A DNA stretch of 64,000 nt from Azolla caroliniana. Taxonomy: Eukaryota > Plantae > Polypodiophyta. The stretch covers positions 13,888,001 to 13,952,000 of the forward strand of contig JBHGNT010000003.1 in the NCBI GenBank assembly GCA_043228905.1, written 5' to 3'. Below are positions 20,544 to 32,732 of the stretch, piece after piece (the stretch's first letter is position 1; each line of letters begins with the position of its first letter). The position numbers and the translations under genes are program-made. The notes under the pieces are model-generated. The model did not search any database and was not told where the DNA came from. It was given only the letters and a program-made list of their open reading frames with translations.

Positions 20544-22470
20544 CCTTCGTCGCTGCTCCAGTTCCAACTACATGAGATTCGCTATCCGATGCTCTTCTTG
20601 TTCGCATAATGCGGCTAACCGGATTTTTTCCGATTCCTTTTCACTTACTCGTTCTCTAACCTGTATCCGCAAACTCAGAACCTGAAATTCGATCGGCATT
20701 ACTACTTCCAGCCCAAATGCTAACCGGAATGGTGTTGACCGGATACTCGTTTTGTATGTCGTCTGGTATGCCCATAGTGCACTATGCAGCTTCGTGTCCC
20801 AATCGATCTAATTTTCATTGACGATCTTTCGCTGGATGTTCTGGAGCGTTTTGTTTGTGGATTCTACCAGTCCATTGGCCTGTGGATAATAAGGGGTACT
20901 GCGCTTGTGTACCACTGCATAGAATGTTGTTAAGCTCTCCACTACTTGACTGAGAAAATGTCCGCCTTGGTCACTAATTAACTCGATCGGGCATCCATAC
21001 CGGCACGAGATGTACTCATATAAGAACTTTGTCGTTGATGCCGCAATGTTGTCCCGCAAAGCCTTGACTTCTACCCACTTGGTACAATAATTTGTGGCGA
21101 CTATAACATATCTGTTGCCGGTTCTCATTGCCGGAGGTTTAAATGGCCCAACAAAATCCAACCCCCATTCCTGAAATGGCTCTAAGGATAGCACCGGTTG
21201 GTGAGGCATCTTGCCTGTTCTGTTGTTTGGCCGATCCGTTGACATAAATCACAGTCTTTTGCGTACCGGACCAGGTCCTTCAATGTCGTCGTCCACCATA
21301 GCCCGTCGTGCCATATCTTTCTTGCCGTAGCATCCCCGACATAGTGCCCTCGTAATATTGTGTCCTTTTCGTCGCTTCGCACTGCTCACCGCCATATGCC
21401 GTCCGCACCTTTGTGGTACAGGGTATCCTGTAGTAGACAAAAATGTCGGATTTGTACCGCTAACCGCTTCCGCTCATCCCGGTTCATCTCCTCCGGTGGT
21501 AGTCCCGTGCTTAGGAATTGATGCATGTTGGTTAGCCACTTGTCTTCGTCGACTACCGTGCTATTTGTTGCCGTTTTTGCTGTTACTTTAAACAACTCAG
21601 CATCCGGAAACTCATCTGGGACTCCATCGACGGTCTCGCCGGGTCAGATAATCAGCAACCGCATGTTGTATTCTCGACCAATGATGTATTTCGAACTCAA
21701 ACTCTTGTAGCAACAATGTCCATTGGGCCAGCTTACCGGTGAGCGATGCCTTTGAGAACAAATATAATAGCGCTGAGTGGTCGACATGAAATGAAAATTT
21801 CCTTCCCAATAATAGTGCTTGAACTTGGTAACATTGTAAATCATCCCTAAGGCTTCTCTTTCCGTTGTTGAATAATTTCGTTCCGCCTAGGATAGCTTCC
21901 GACTGGCATAATAAACCGGTCGGTACCATTTCGGTTCAGTCAGTTGCATTAGTGCGCTGCCGATTGCTATGTTGAACGCATCGACGAACACGTGGAACTC
22001 TTTTGACCAGTTCAGTGGTTGCACCACCGCTGCTTGTGATAGCAGTACTTTTAGTGCCCAGTAAGCCTTATCCTCCGTATTTGTCCATTGAAACAGTGTC
22101 CGGTGAACTGCGGCATGCAACGGTGTAGCAAGATTGGCCAAATACCAGAGCATCCGGCTATGCCACCGGATTTGCCCTAGAAACCGACTCAAAGCTTTGG
22201 CGGTGGATGGTGCCAGTGCTTCTAAGATTGCTTTGACCTTATCGGGATCTACTGCGATCCCATCCTTGCTAAAGATATGGCCCAACAATGCACCGCTTGT
22301 TACTCCGAACACACACTTTGCTGGATTCAGACTTAACCTATAACTCCTGCATTTCTCAAGACATAGTCGGAGGTGTTGGAGATGTTCTCTTTCTCGGCTA
22401 TACACAACAATGTTATCCAGGAATACCTGCATAAATGCCGGGATGAACTCACCAAATATTTCCATGATTA
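20544..22470 (-). pseudogene. Gypsy A pol: RT end, RNase H, integrase (disrupted)
   Basis: [48 protein letters not shown], with frameshifts and stops. Confidence 0.88.
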
Positions 22471-25400
22471 TGACGAGAAATATGCAGAATAATCTCCGGC
22501 CACAACTGAAGCGTAGATCACTTGATGACAATCAAACACAGAAGAAATGGGAATGAAGGTAAGTACACAAAACAAAAAGAGAGTACATAGGATATTAACA
22601 TGGAAAACCCTAAGAGGGAAAAACCACAGGAGTCCACAGACTCCAAACTATCACTATGTCAAGTAATACAACAAGGAGCACAGAGGCAACGACCTCTTGC
22701 TAACAATCTTCGCCTAGTGACAGTTACAACAGAGACACAATCTTTGTATTTCGCTCTCTCTCTCTCTGTCTTACACATTGTACAGGAGTTACACCAATAA
22801 CTCTATCATCCCCTACATTGAGTTTGCCCTAGGTCATATTTATACTAATATGACTTTAGGGCTATTTACAAATATAGCCCCAATGGGCTCTTTGGAACAT
22901 ATTTACATATATGTCCCTTCATCCGGTGAGAGTTTCTCACCGGGCCTGCAACATCCCGTTCTCTGTGGGTCTTCCTTGCCTGGTCTGCGTCATCTGGTTC
23001 TCACCGGGTCTTCCTTGCCGAGTACTTGTCATCCGGTTCTCACCGGGTCTTCCGATGTTGGGCCTTCGTATCCCATCCGGAGGGACCGAGATCCTAACAA
23101 ACTCCCCCTTCACTCCGGCATGGGATGCCGCGTCAATCTGATCCACTTCCGGCATGCATCTAGCTTGTGGATGTCAACACCTTGGTCAGCATATCCGACC
23201 CGTTCTCCTCCGTGTGGATCTTTGTCAACACGAACTCTCGGTCTTCTACTCCCTCCCGAACCCAGTGGTACCTCCGTTGGATGTGCTTCGTCCTGGAATG
23301 ATACGCTACGTTCTTCGCAAGGTGGATGGCACTTTGACTGTCGCAATAGAGCCGTTATTCCTCTTGCCGGATCCCTAGCTCTTCGATGAAGTCGTTCATC
23401 CATAGCATTTCCTTGCCGGCTTCCACAGGTGCCATGTACTCCGCTTCTGTGGTTGACAACGCAACCGTCTTCTGCAGCCTCAATTGCCACGAAACAACTC
23501 ACCCCCCATATGTCATGACATATCCGGATGTTGACCGGCTGGTATCCGCATCAGCCGACATATCCAAATCAGTGAAACTATCAAGTTGAGCTTTACCGGA
23601 GCCATATCGGAGACACATACTTGAGGTGCCTTTCAAGTATCAGAGTATCCATTTTACCGCATTCCAGTGCTACTTGCTGGGATTGCTCATAAACCGGCTC
23701 ACCACTCCGACTGCATATCCGATATCCGGTTGGGTACACACCATTGCGTACATTAGGCTCCCGTCGGTAGAGGCATATGGTATCTTCATCATATGCGCCT
23801 TCTCTGCCTTCATCTTCGGGCTTTGCTTACCGGATAACTTGCAGTTTGCCGGAAGTGTTGATCTGACCGGTGTCGCATTTGACACGTTGAACCGTTGAAG
23901 CACCTTTGTCACGTACTTCTCTTGTGACAGCCACAATTGCTTGGTTGGCCGGTCCCGGATGATATGCATCCCCATCATCTGTCTTGCCGGACCCAAGTCT
24001 TTTATTGAGAAGGTCCGGTTCAGGGCTTTCTTCAGCATTCGTATCTTGACTTGGTCTCGTCCGACGATCAATATGTCATCCACGTACAAGAGGAGTATCA
24101 GGAAGTCTCCACCTTTGAACTTCTTCACAAATACTCAGTGATCGGCTTGCGTCTTGTTGTACCCTTGATCGGTCATGAAGGAGTTGAACTTCCGGTACCA
24201 TTGCCGGGGAGCCTGCTTCAACCCGTAGAGGCTCTTTTTTAACCAGCAAACCAAGTGCTCCTTCCCTTTCTTCACAAATCCCTCCGGTTGCTCCATGTAG
24301 ATCTCCTCTTCGAGGTCGCCGTGGAGGAACGCCGTCTTCACGTATAACTGTTCTACCTCGAGGTCCATGCTTGTCGCTATGCTCATCACCGCCTGGATGG
24401 AAGTCATCTTTACTACCGGGGCAAATATCTCGTCGAAGTCCACGCCCTTCTTCTGCTGGAACCCCTTCACCACGATCCTGGCTTTGTACCTTAGAGGGTT
24501 GCCGGCATCTCCTAGTTTCAACTTGTACACCCACTTGTTTCGGAGTGCCCTCTTTCCTTTCGGCAACTCCACCAACTCATATGTGTGGTTCTCATGCAGG
24601 GCATCCATCTTGTCCTACATGGCACTCAACCACTTGCGGCTATCGGTGTCATCCTTCGCTTCTTCGAACCTTTCTGACTCTCCCTCATTGTCTGCAACAC
24701 ATGCTCTGCATCCGGAAATCTCTAGGGGGGCCCTTCTCTCTTTGAGAGGATATCTCCATCTAGGCCTTTCGGCAATCGACTCCTCTATTTGTTCTTCATT
24801 CGAATCCGATTCGGGGTCTTGGCCAGTTCCGATTTCAGCTTCCTCTACTTCTTCTTCTGCCGGTTCGGTATCCTCACCGTAACCGGTTGGTTCCTCAAGT
24901 GTCAACCGGCTCTTAGCCGGGTTGGTCCGAATCTCATCGGAGTTCATTATCCTCTTCTCCAACTCCTAGTCGGCAAAGGTCTTGTCCTCCATGAAGATAA
25001 TATCTCGGCTCCGGAAAACCTTCTTGTCAACCAGATCCTTGAGATGATGCCCAACATATAAGATTCGTGATACACCATCCAAATTTATTAGGTGTTTGGA
25101 TATCTACATATAGGTGCAAATCCAACCAATCTCACAATCTCTTGATCCAAAATGCCAATATCATAATTACTCGATTCCAAAATGCTAATCTCACAATTTC
25201 TTGATCCAAAATGCCAATCTCACAAATTCTCCATCCCAAATGCCAAGCTCACAATATGTGGATACAAAATGGAAACCTTAAAAAGCACAAGCATTAGAAC
25301 AATCCTTGTCTTGAGTGACGGGTTAAAATAAATATGTCCATATAATTTTTTTCCACCAAATTTCTAGGCAAGAGAGAACAATCCAATGTTGTTATAAAAA

Positions 25401-28205
25401 TAGTACAGAAATAGGCATTCGTACATTGTATATAGAATGGGAGGATGTGAATTGTGGAAGGAACTATAACAAATGTTTGAAAGAATATAGAATTAAGAAA
25501 CACATTGAAAGGGGATGTAGAGAAAAGAAGGGATACTAGATCCCACACTCGGTAGCCGAACTCATCATCGCCGTATCCGAGGAATATGCATGGCCGGGTC
25601 TTTGGATCCAACTTTCCTCTTTGGTCCTTAGCAACATGCACGTACGCAACACACCCGAACACCTTCAGATGCCGGTAGGACACTTACTTACCGGTCCACA
25701 CCTTTTGCGGCGTGTCTCCATCCAAGGGCACTGAGGGTGATCTATTTATCACATACGTCGTTGTTGACAGCGCCTCAACCCAAAACGTCTTGGGTAGTTT
25801 AGCATGTGCTAGCATACTTCAGATACTCTCCATTATGGTCCGGTTCATCCTCTCGGCTAGCCTGTTTAGTCCAGCGTCTTCGACACGGTAAATTCGAGCT
25901 GGATTCCCTTTGAGCGACAATACTCCTCAAACTACCCCCGGTATTCCCCTCCATTATCTGCTCGAACCGCCTTCAGCTTCCGTCCGGTTTCTCTTTCCAC
26001 TCTTGCGTGGAGCTCCTTGAAGACGGATAACACCTGATTCTTCGTCTTCAACGGTGTGGTCCACAACCTCCTGCTGTGGTCATCTATGAATGTCACGAAG
26101 TATTGCGCTCCGGCATGGGACTTCGTGTCCACTTGAGACACATCGGTATGCACCAACTCCAATGGTGCAGTACGTCTCATCGGTGGCCTTGATCAGAAGG
26201 AGGTTCGGTTTTGCTTACCGGCTAGGCCGTCGGTGCACCTCTCAAGATGCACGTTCTTCACCAGAATGAGGTTGTCATCGGCTAGCCTCTTCATCCCCTT
26301 CACGCTCATGTGACACAGTCTCTTGTGCCACAACTCACCGGCAGTGTCAGAAGCCACATTCACTTCTTCCGGGCATAACCGGGCATTCATCAGGCACAAC
26401 ATGTTGACCTTCCGGACCTTGTCTCGTCGCCGACAAGGTTCAACTCACTCTCCTCAGTGATGAGCATCAACTCTTCTTCACTTGTCACGATTGCCGTCAT
26501 TCCCTTCTGGTCCGGTCCCCTCCGGTCTTTACCGTTTCGGTCTGGTGTCCGCTTCGAATCAGTACCATCGGTTTCCTTGTCTTTTCGGAAGTTCCGACAG
26601 GTCCTCTGGAAGTGTCCCCAGCTTGCCGCAATAAAAGCAAGTAGGCCTCCCCCTTGACTTTGACCGTGTCCCTGACTTTTCCTGGTTTTGGGGGACTACG
26701 GTTCCTTTGTCTTCCACGTTTCGATTCGGTAAGAAGCGCTTTCGAGTCGGAGCTCATATCCTTGTCTTTCCGACGCGCCTCCTCATCTAGCAAGCTCGAC
26801 TTGACTCTTGCTAGGGGTAATCGTTTCCCTTCCGGCCCAGTGTTGCCCAAAGTGACAACCAACGTCTCCCAACTATCGGGGAGGGAACCGAGCAGGAGTA
26901 GTGCTAGTACCTCATCGGCGAGAGGTACTTCCAATGATGTTGCCTGGTGGATTAGCTCCTGGAAGGCATTCTTGTGCTCCGCCATGCTGGAGCCATCTTG
27001 GTACCGTAGACTTACTAGCTTCCGAAATACCGAAACCTGATTAACAACATTTTTTGTTCTGAAACATAATGTCGATCTTCTCCCAGAGCTCATGAGCTTT
27101 GCTCTCTTCATTGAAGTTGTTGTATAGGCTCATGTCGATGAAGCACCGTATGTACGCCGTTGTCTTCATGTGCATCACCTCCCATATCAAGGCATCGATC
27201 TTGTCCGGTTTCTTGTCCCCGAACTGAACCGTCAACCAAAGATCTTAACCACGAGCATATCCCTCATCTTCGACTTCCACACGGAGTAGTTGGAGCCGGT
27301 GAGCTTGAACATGCCCTCCCAACAAATTGTCCATTTTTCTGTGTCGTTTCGCTCTGATACCAATTTGATGAGAAATATGCGGAATAATCTCCGGCCACAA
27401 CCGAAGCGTAGATCACTTGATGACAATCAAACACAGAAGAAATGGGAATGGAGGTAAGTACACAAAAACAGAAAGAGAGTACACAAGATATTACTGTGGG
27501 AAACCCTGAGAGGGAAAAACCACGGGAGTCCACAGACTCCAAACTATCACTATGTCAAGTAATACAACAGGGAGCACAGAGGCAACGACCTCTTGCTAAC
27601 AATCTTCGCCTAGTGGCAGTTACAACAGAGACACAATCTTTGTATTTCGCTCTCTCTCTCTGTCTTACGCACTGTACATGAGTTACACCAATAACTCTAT
27701 CATCCCCCTACATTGAGTTTGCCCTAGGTCATATTTATACTAATATGACTTTCGGCTATTTACAAATATAGCCCCAGTGGGCTCTCTGGAACATATTTAC
27801 ATATATGTCCCTTCATCCGGTGAGAGGTTCTCCCCGGGCCTGCAACATCCGGTTCTCACCGGGTCTTCCTTGCCGGGTAGTCGTCATCCGGTTCTCACCG
27901 GGTCTGCATCATCTGGTTCTCATCGGGTCTTCCTTATCGGGTACTTGTCATCCGGTTCTCACCGGGTCTTCCTTGCCGGGTACTCGTCATCCGGTTCTCA
28001 CCGGGTCTGCATCATCTGGTTCTCATCGGTTCTTCCTTATCGGGTACTTGTCATCCGGTTCTCACCGGGTCTACATCATCCGGTTCTGGGTACTCCACAT
28101 TCGGTTCTCACCGGGGCTTCCGTTGTCGGGTACTCCACATCCGATTCTCACCGGGTCTTCCGATGTCGGGCCTTCATATCCCATCGGAGGGACGAGATCC
28201 TAACA
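22471..28205 (-). mobile_element. Full-length but decayed Tnt1/Tork-like Copia (F) inserted in Gypsy A RT
   Basis: LTRs 22471-23099 and 27366-28205, TSD GATTA/AATTA, PBS 27351-27362, PPT after 23099. gag-pol has stops, a protease-region deletion near 26420 and a 0.5-kb insertion. Confidence 0.9.
25039..25537. other. AT-rich ~500-bp insertion with ~29-bp tandem repeats inside Copia F
   Basis: Flanked by AGATCC direct repeats (25033-25038, 25538-25543). Absent from the homologous site near 18780. About 5 units of AATCTCACAATYTCTTGATCCAAAATGCC. Confidence 0.65.
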
Positions 28206-28621
28206 AATTATTCGTTGGAAGGTCACCGGTGCGGTCTTGAGTCCGAACATCATTAGCACTGCGACGAAAACTCCCCATTCGGTGATGAACGTCATCTTGT
28301 CTTGGTTGTCGGGGTGCATCCTTATTTGATTGTAGCCACTGAACCCGTCTAGGAAGCTATACACTTCATGATCGGCTACCGCGTCCAACACTCCATCCAT
28401 AAATGGAAGTGGAAAGGCGTCAGTCACTGTTGCCGCATTGAGTTTCCGGTAGTTGATGCACACCCGGATCTTACCGTTCTTTTTCTGCACGACGACTATG
28501 GGACTTAACCATGTAGCTTTTTTCATTGGTCGGATAAAACCGACCTATAGCAACTGGTCAATTTCCTGTTTGACCTTTGCCGCATGGTTAGGGTTCATCC
28601 GGTAACGCCGTTGTGCTACGA

Positions 28622-28721
28622 NNNNNNNNNNNNNNNNNNNNNNNNNNNNNNNNNNNNNNNNNNNNNNNNNNNNNNNNNNNNNNNNNNNNNNNNNNNNNNN
28701 NNNNNNNNNNNNNNNNNNNNN
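28622..28721. other. Assembly gap (100 N)
   Basis: Run of n. Confidence 0.99.
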
Positions 28722-28859
28722 ATTAAAAACGACGCTCATCAAACAAAACAGGCGGAAAAAACATGATTACCTTCCGGCGAGGAAAGGCTAAAGTAAGGGT
28801 ACCTACCCACCCTCAATCGAATACCGGCAAGGAGCTGACTCCTGTGAAGAAGCCACATT

Positions 28860-30420
28860 CCATTCATTTGCTTTCGGATTGCCTCCTGTGTTTCCCACTC
28901 CGTTGTTTGGCCTTTTGACATGGTGGTGACTTGTTGTATGTCAGCGACTTTTGCTACCACCATATTTATTGTTGGTCGTTTCTCGTAACTTTTAACCAGA
29001 CATTGATTACTGTAATGTCCTTCTTGCTGGCAATAGTAGCAGTACGCTTTCCGGGTGTTGCTGGATTCGGCGTTCGCTCCGTTACCCGGTTGAGGTCCTA
29101 TTGGCGGTCGGTTAAGTGCTTGGCCTTGGTCCAGTTGGGTACTTGGTGTGCCCTTGTATGGCTGCCATTGGTGGTCCTCCTTTCTAGCGTTCCGTTTTTT
29201 GTTGAAGCATTTTTTGTTCCGGTAACCCTGTCGGGGCCGGTTTTCATAATTGCCTTGATCCTCCCTCCGTTGGTTGTAACCGGGGGAGTGATCCCGGTTG
29301 TATCGCTCATATCAATCACCGTTGTAATCCCGGTAGCTATCCTACTGGTCTCGGTCGTAAGCGTCTCTTCTGTCGCTGTACCGGACATCTTGCGCCGAAC
29401 GGTAACGTTCATCTCGCCGCCAACGTTCTTCTTCCTCCTCCCGGTTACTCCGGGGTTCGATTTGCCGGACCGGTGCCGCTTGCCGATTCAACAAGTTATA
29501 TTCACAACGATCCATTGTGTGCGTTCTAGAATGGCATAACATGCACTATGACCGCATGGTACATTCTATTGCAGAGTGCTTGGCATTGAGATAAGTCGTA
29601 CATTGTATGGCTTGCCGAAAACTTAGGTCTTCGTTCATCAGGAAGGCACGCTGGAGTGCCCCCATTGTTAGCCACGAGCTTGTTTCCTCCATCTCCCTGA
29701 CCCGGTCTATGACCTGGTCAATCGTGCTGGTGAGGAAATCAATGATTGTGCACACCATACGTAGGGGTTCTCGGAGTGCTGCGAGGAATATTGCTTTAGC
29801 CTCTGCTTCCGGTGGTGCCCGATTTAGCTGGTTGTGCATTCGTTGGAACCAGATTATGAATTGTTGAATGGTTTCCATAAGTTCCTACCGTATGGTGTAG
29901 AATAGGCCGACCATCTCCCGTTGATCCACGTCCTTGTTGAAGACTTGTAAAAATTTGTTTTTCAAATCTTCAAACGTAGTGATGGTGCCGGGCATGTGCA
30001 TCAAGCGCCATCACGCAGCTGGTTCTTCCAAAGTCATGCCGAATTCGGCAATCTTTGAGTGTTCTGCTTTGGCAGTGTTTAAGCGCTGTGACACATGGTT
30101 CGCTTCCCAGGTTTGTAGAAATGCATACACATGGGCTTCTGCATCTGGATCATCCTTGTACTTGGGATATTGGAATGGCATGTCGTCGTCCGGTGTCGAA
30201 ACACAGGTTGGTGGTGTTGGAGGTTTCCCCTCCTCTTCTGTCGGTGTCAGAGGTCTTTCCTCCTCTTCTTTCGGTCTTTCACATGGCGGTGTCAGAGGTT
30301 GTTCCGCCGCTTGCCGGTCTGGGGCTTCTAGTTCCGTTAATTCCGGTTTTGGTGTCCGTAAGGTGTCCGACTGCTCGTCCTCCGGTCCGTCTGGGGTGTC
30401 CTGGATGCTATGGTAATTCG
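28860..30420 (-). pseudogene. Gypsy A gag (disrupted)
   Basis: KYKDDPDAEAHVYAFLQTWEANH, AIFLAALREPL, CCHC-like knuckles and an RD-rich region. Homologous to the B and C gag. Confidence 0.8.
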
Positions 30421-30777
30421 AATGGGCATTGCATTTGTCCGAATCCGATTCGAAGGTTGAGAACGGTTCCGAATCGCCTTCCCCTGTCGCTAATGCCTAC
30501 AGAATGGATTCCGCGTCCCGCAGACTGCTCAAGCTGCTTCCTTCGTCCGGGTGGGAATTCTGCTGCACGCGGAGTGACTCCGCGGCCACTCACCAGATTA
30601 CTTTCGAAAATGATCGATCCACACGGATCTCTTCTGCCGCCTGATGGAAAGCCTCTCGCTTCCGCAATCATTCGGAAAGTCTTCTTGCTCGCTCTGTAAC
30701 TGGGTCGTTTGTTGGTCTAGTCATCCATTCCCACCGTTGTTCGTTGCGTTTGAGCAGGAATCGTGGTCGACAAAAAC

Positions 30778-31225
30778 TGTGTTATCCCTAGGGGCCGGAC
30801 AATGCCCTAACACAAAGTGTCCCCTTTAGACACTTCACCTAAGGGGTGTTGCGGTGAGATAAACTTAGAACGAACTATTAATGAGACCCTAATCGATTAC
30901 TAATCGCCAGGATCATTAATCACAATACACGTGTAAGATGAATTACACTTAGCACAGAACGGTAATTAACACTAATTAAGATATAGAACAAAAACACTCT
31001 ATTAATTATCCGCTATTTCATTACAAACAGACAGGGTCCTTTTATAGATCATCGGCTCTAGGTACAAACCGGTGCCAACCGCCAACCGGTGACGAATTGG
31101 TTCAGATCCGGATTGGCATACCGATTCCAGGTCCGTCCGTTCGCTTCTCAAAATAATAATTGTAGATTAATTATCCCTTTCCCATTCTAGACTTTATCCG
31201 GCTTTCAAGTCTTTGCCGGCCAACG
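30778..31225 (-). repeat. 5' LTR of Gypsy A, with a degenerate PBS at ~30762-30772
   Basis: Matches 6728-7093. On the - strand it ends ...ACACA, then GTTTT-TGTCGACCACG (cf. tRNA-Arg PBS TGGCGACCAC). Confidence 0.85.
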
Positions 31226-31339
31226 CTACCGAGGACGAGGCTAAGGAAACCTTCCTTGCCGTTTTGCGCCGACCCATGTGAACGACGCTGGGCATGCTCG
31301 ATTTTACAAGCCAGACAACGGACAGAGTCATCGACCCGG
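31226..31339 (+). pseudogene. Gypsy gag fragment (right half of the element A target)
   Basis: PTEDEAKETFLAVLRRP follows FQN of 6370-6712 after roughly 8 missing residues. Confidence 0.7.
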
Positions 31340-31576
31340 TGATGGGAAATCTGTCCCTCCGGATGGGATCCGGTGATGAATGAAGAGGACCCGGTGAGAA
31401 CCAGAAGAGACCTGGAAACCGAGTTGGATGGACTCGGTGAGAACCGGAAGAGATCTGGAAACCGGATCGGTTGGACCCAGTGAGAACCGGAAGAGAAGAA
31501 ATATTTGTAAATATATTTTGAGTAAGCCTATTGAGCAATCACTTCGAGAGTGTTGTTGTCATATTGTTATATGTGC

Positions 31577-31612
<36 letters not shown>

Positions 31613-31770
31613 TGAGAAGAGCTACGAGCACTTTCTGTTGTATAGTGACATAGAGAGAGAGAGAGAGAGAGAGCGTGAGAAGAGCTACGAGCACTTTCTG
31701 TTGTAACCGACGTCTGGCGAAGATCGTGAGCACGAGGTCGTTGCCTCTGTGTTTCCACTTTGTATTACTA
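31340..31770 (+). repeat. Truncated Copia LTR with a duplicated (GA)n block
   Basis: GTCCCTCCGGATGGG start motif and GACCCGGTGAGAACC units shared with the other Copia LTRs. Confidence 0.7.
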
Positions 31771-32732
31771 TGGCAGAAAAGGATTACAGAACACGGCCTA
31801 TGGCCGGTGACCTTACGAGTTTATCTACTTCAAATGACTAAGCTAGTGCTTCCGCCTATAATTTTCTTCTCTCTCCTTTTCTGAGGTACTGCTCCTCGTT
31901 TAAATAACTTTTCCCCTAACATACAGCCGAGCCATCGGTGGCCCGTGATACTCGGACTCGGCGTTTGCTAATTTCCTAATTTTACATTTCTGTCCTCTAG
32001 ACAACATGCGGTGCTTTGTACATTGTGCCTTTCGTTGTCTCTGTCGTCGTGGTGCCGAGGAGCTCCAGGTGCGCATCTTCCATTGCGTTCGGTGGTGCCG
32101 TGGTGACTTCCGGAATTTCTTCTTCCGGGTGTAGTGGTCCTTCTATTATGTGGTCCTTGGGGTCGTTGTCAGGGAGTATGATTGAGACTGCTCTTTTTTC
32201 CTCTTCTTCCTTTTGCTTGTTTTCGATTTCCTGGTGAGCTTTGACCTCTTCTTGGAGCTTTTGTAGCTCGGGTGTGTGGCCGACCGTGGTGGGGTTTGAG
32301 GCTGTGGCTTCTTGGAGTCGGTGCTCCAATTTGGCGATTATCTTTTGGGCCTCCTCAAGTTGTTCTTTTACGTAATTTTTGGTCTTGTTCGCTGTCTCGT
32401 TCTTGCGGACAATATCTTTTGCTCCGTTCCGCATTGTGGGAAGCCCCTTGTGTACTTCGACTAAAGCTATGTTTAATGGGGGCAACTCGATTCCCATACG
32501 GCCCTCATCCACGTTCCTCATTCGGCCGATCTTGCTTAGAGCGCGTTCTTCCTCACATTCGATCATTCCGGCCAATGTTCGCTTGATCATTTGTCTTTCC
32601 TCGTGCTGCTCCACCATGCGTTGTGAGACCTAGATTTGTTGCATGGGCAAGAATTCCATTATTTCGAAGGAGGTACTGAACTAGAGTAGCGCTGCGAATT
32701 CATGGGCCACGACTTGCATCTCCGGGTAAGCC
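31771..32732 (-). mobile_element. Gypsy B-family fragment: partial 3' LTR (to 32006) plus C-terminal part of the extra ORF
   Basis: LTR end TTTCTGTCCTCTAGACAACA resembles 60470-60489. ORF 31997-32617 is homologous to 52671-52900. Confidence 0.7.

Larger units (their letters stand above)
6728..31225 (-). mobile_element. Gypsy element A (non-chromovirus, Athila/Phygy/Selgy-like), decayed, hosting nested Copias
   Basis: Matching LTRs at 6728-7093 (truncated) and 30778-31225. gag ~28860-30420, RT 28206-28620 continuing at 21600-22470 (YSFLDGFSGYNQI; FQRII|MEIF across a Copia TSD), INT 20544-21600, extra ORF 7147-10224. The flanking gag resumes either side of the element. Confidence 0.85.
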
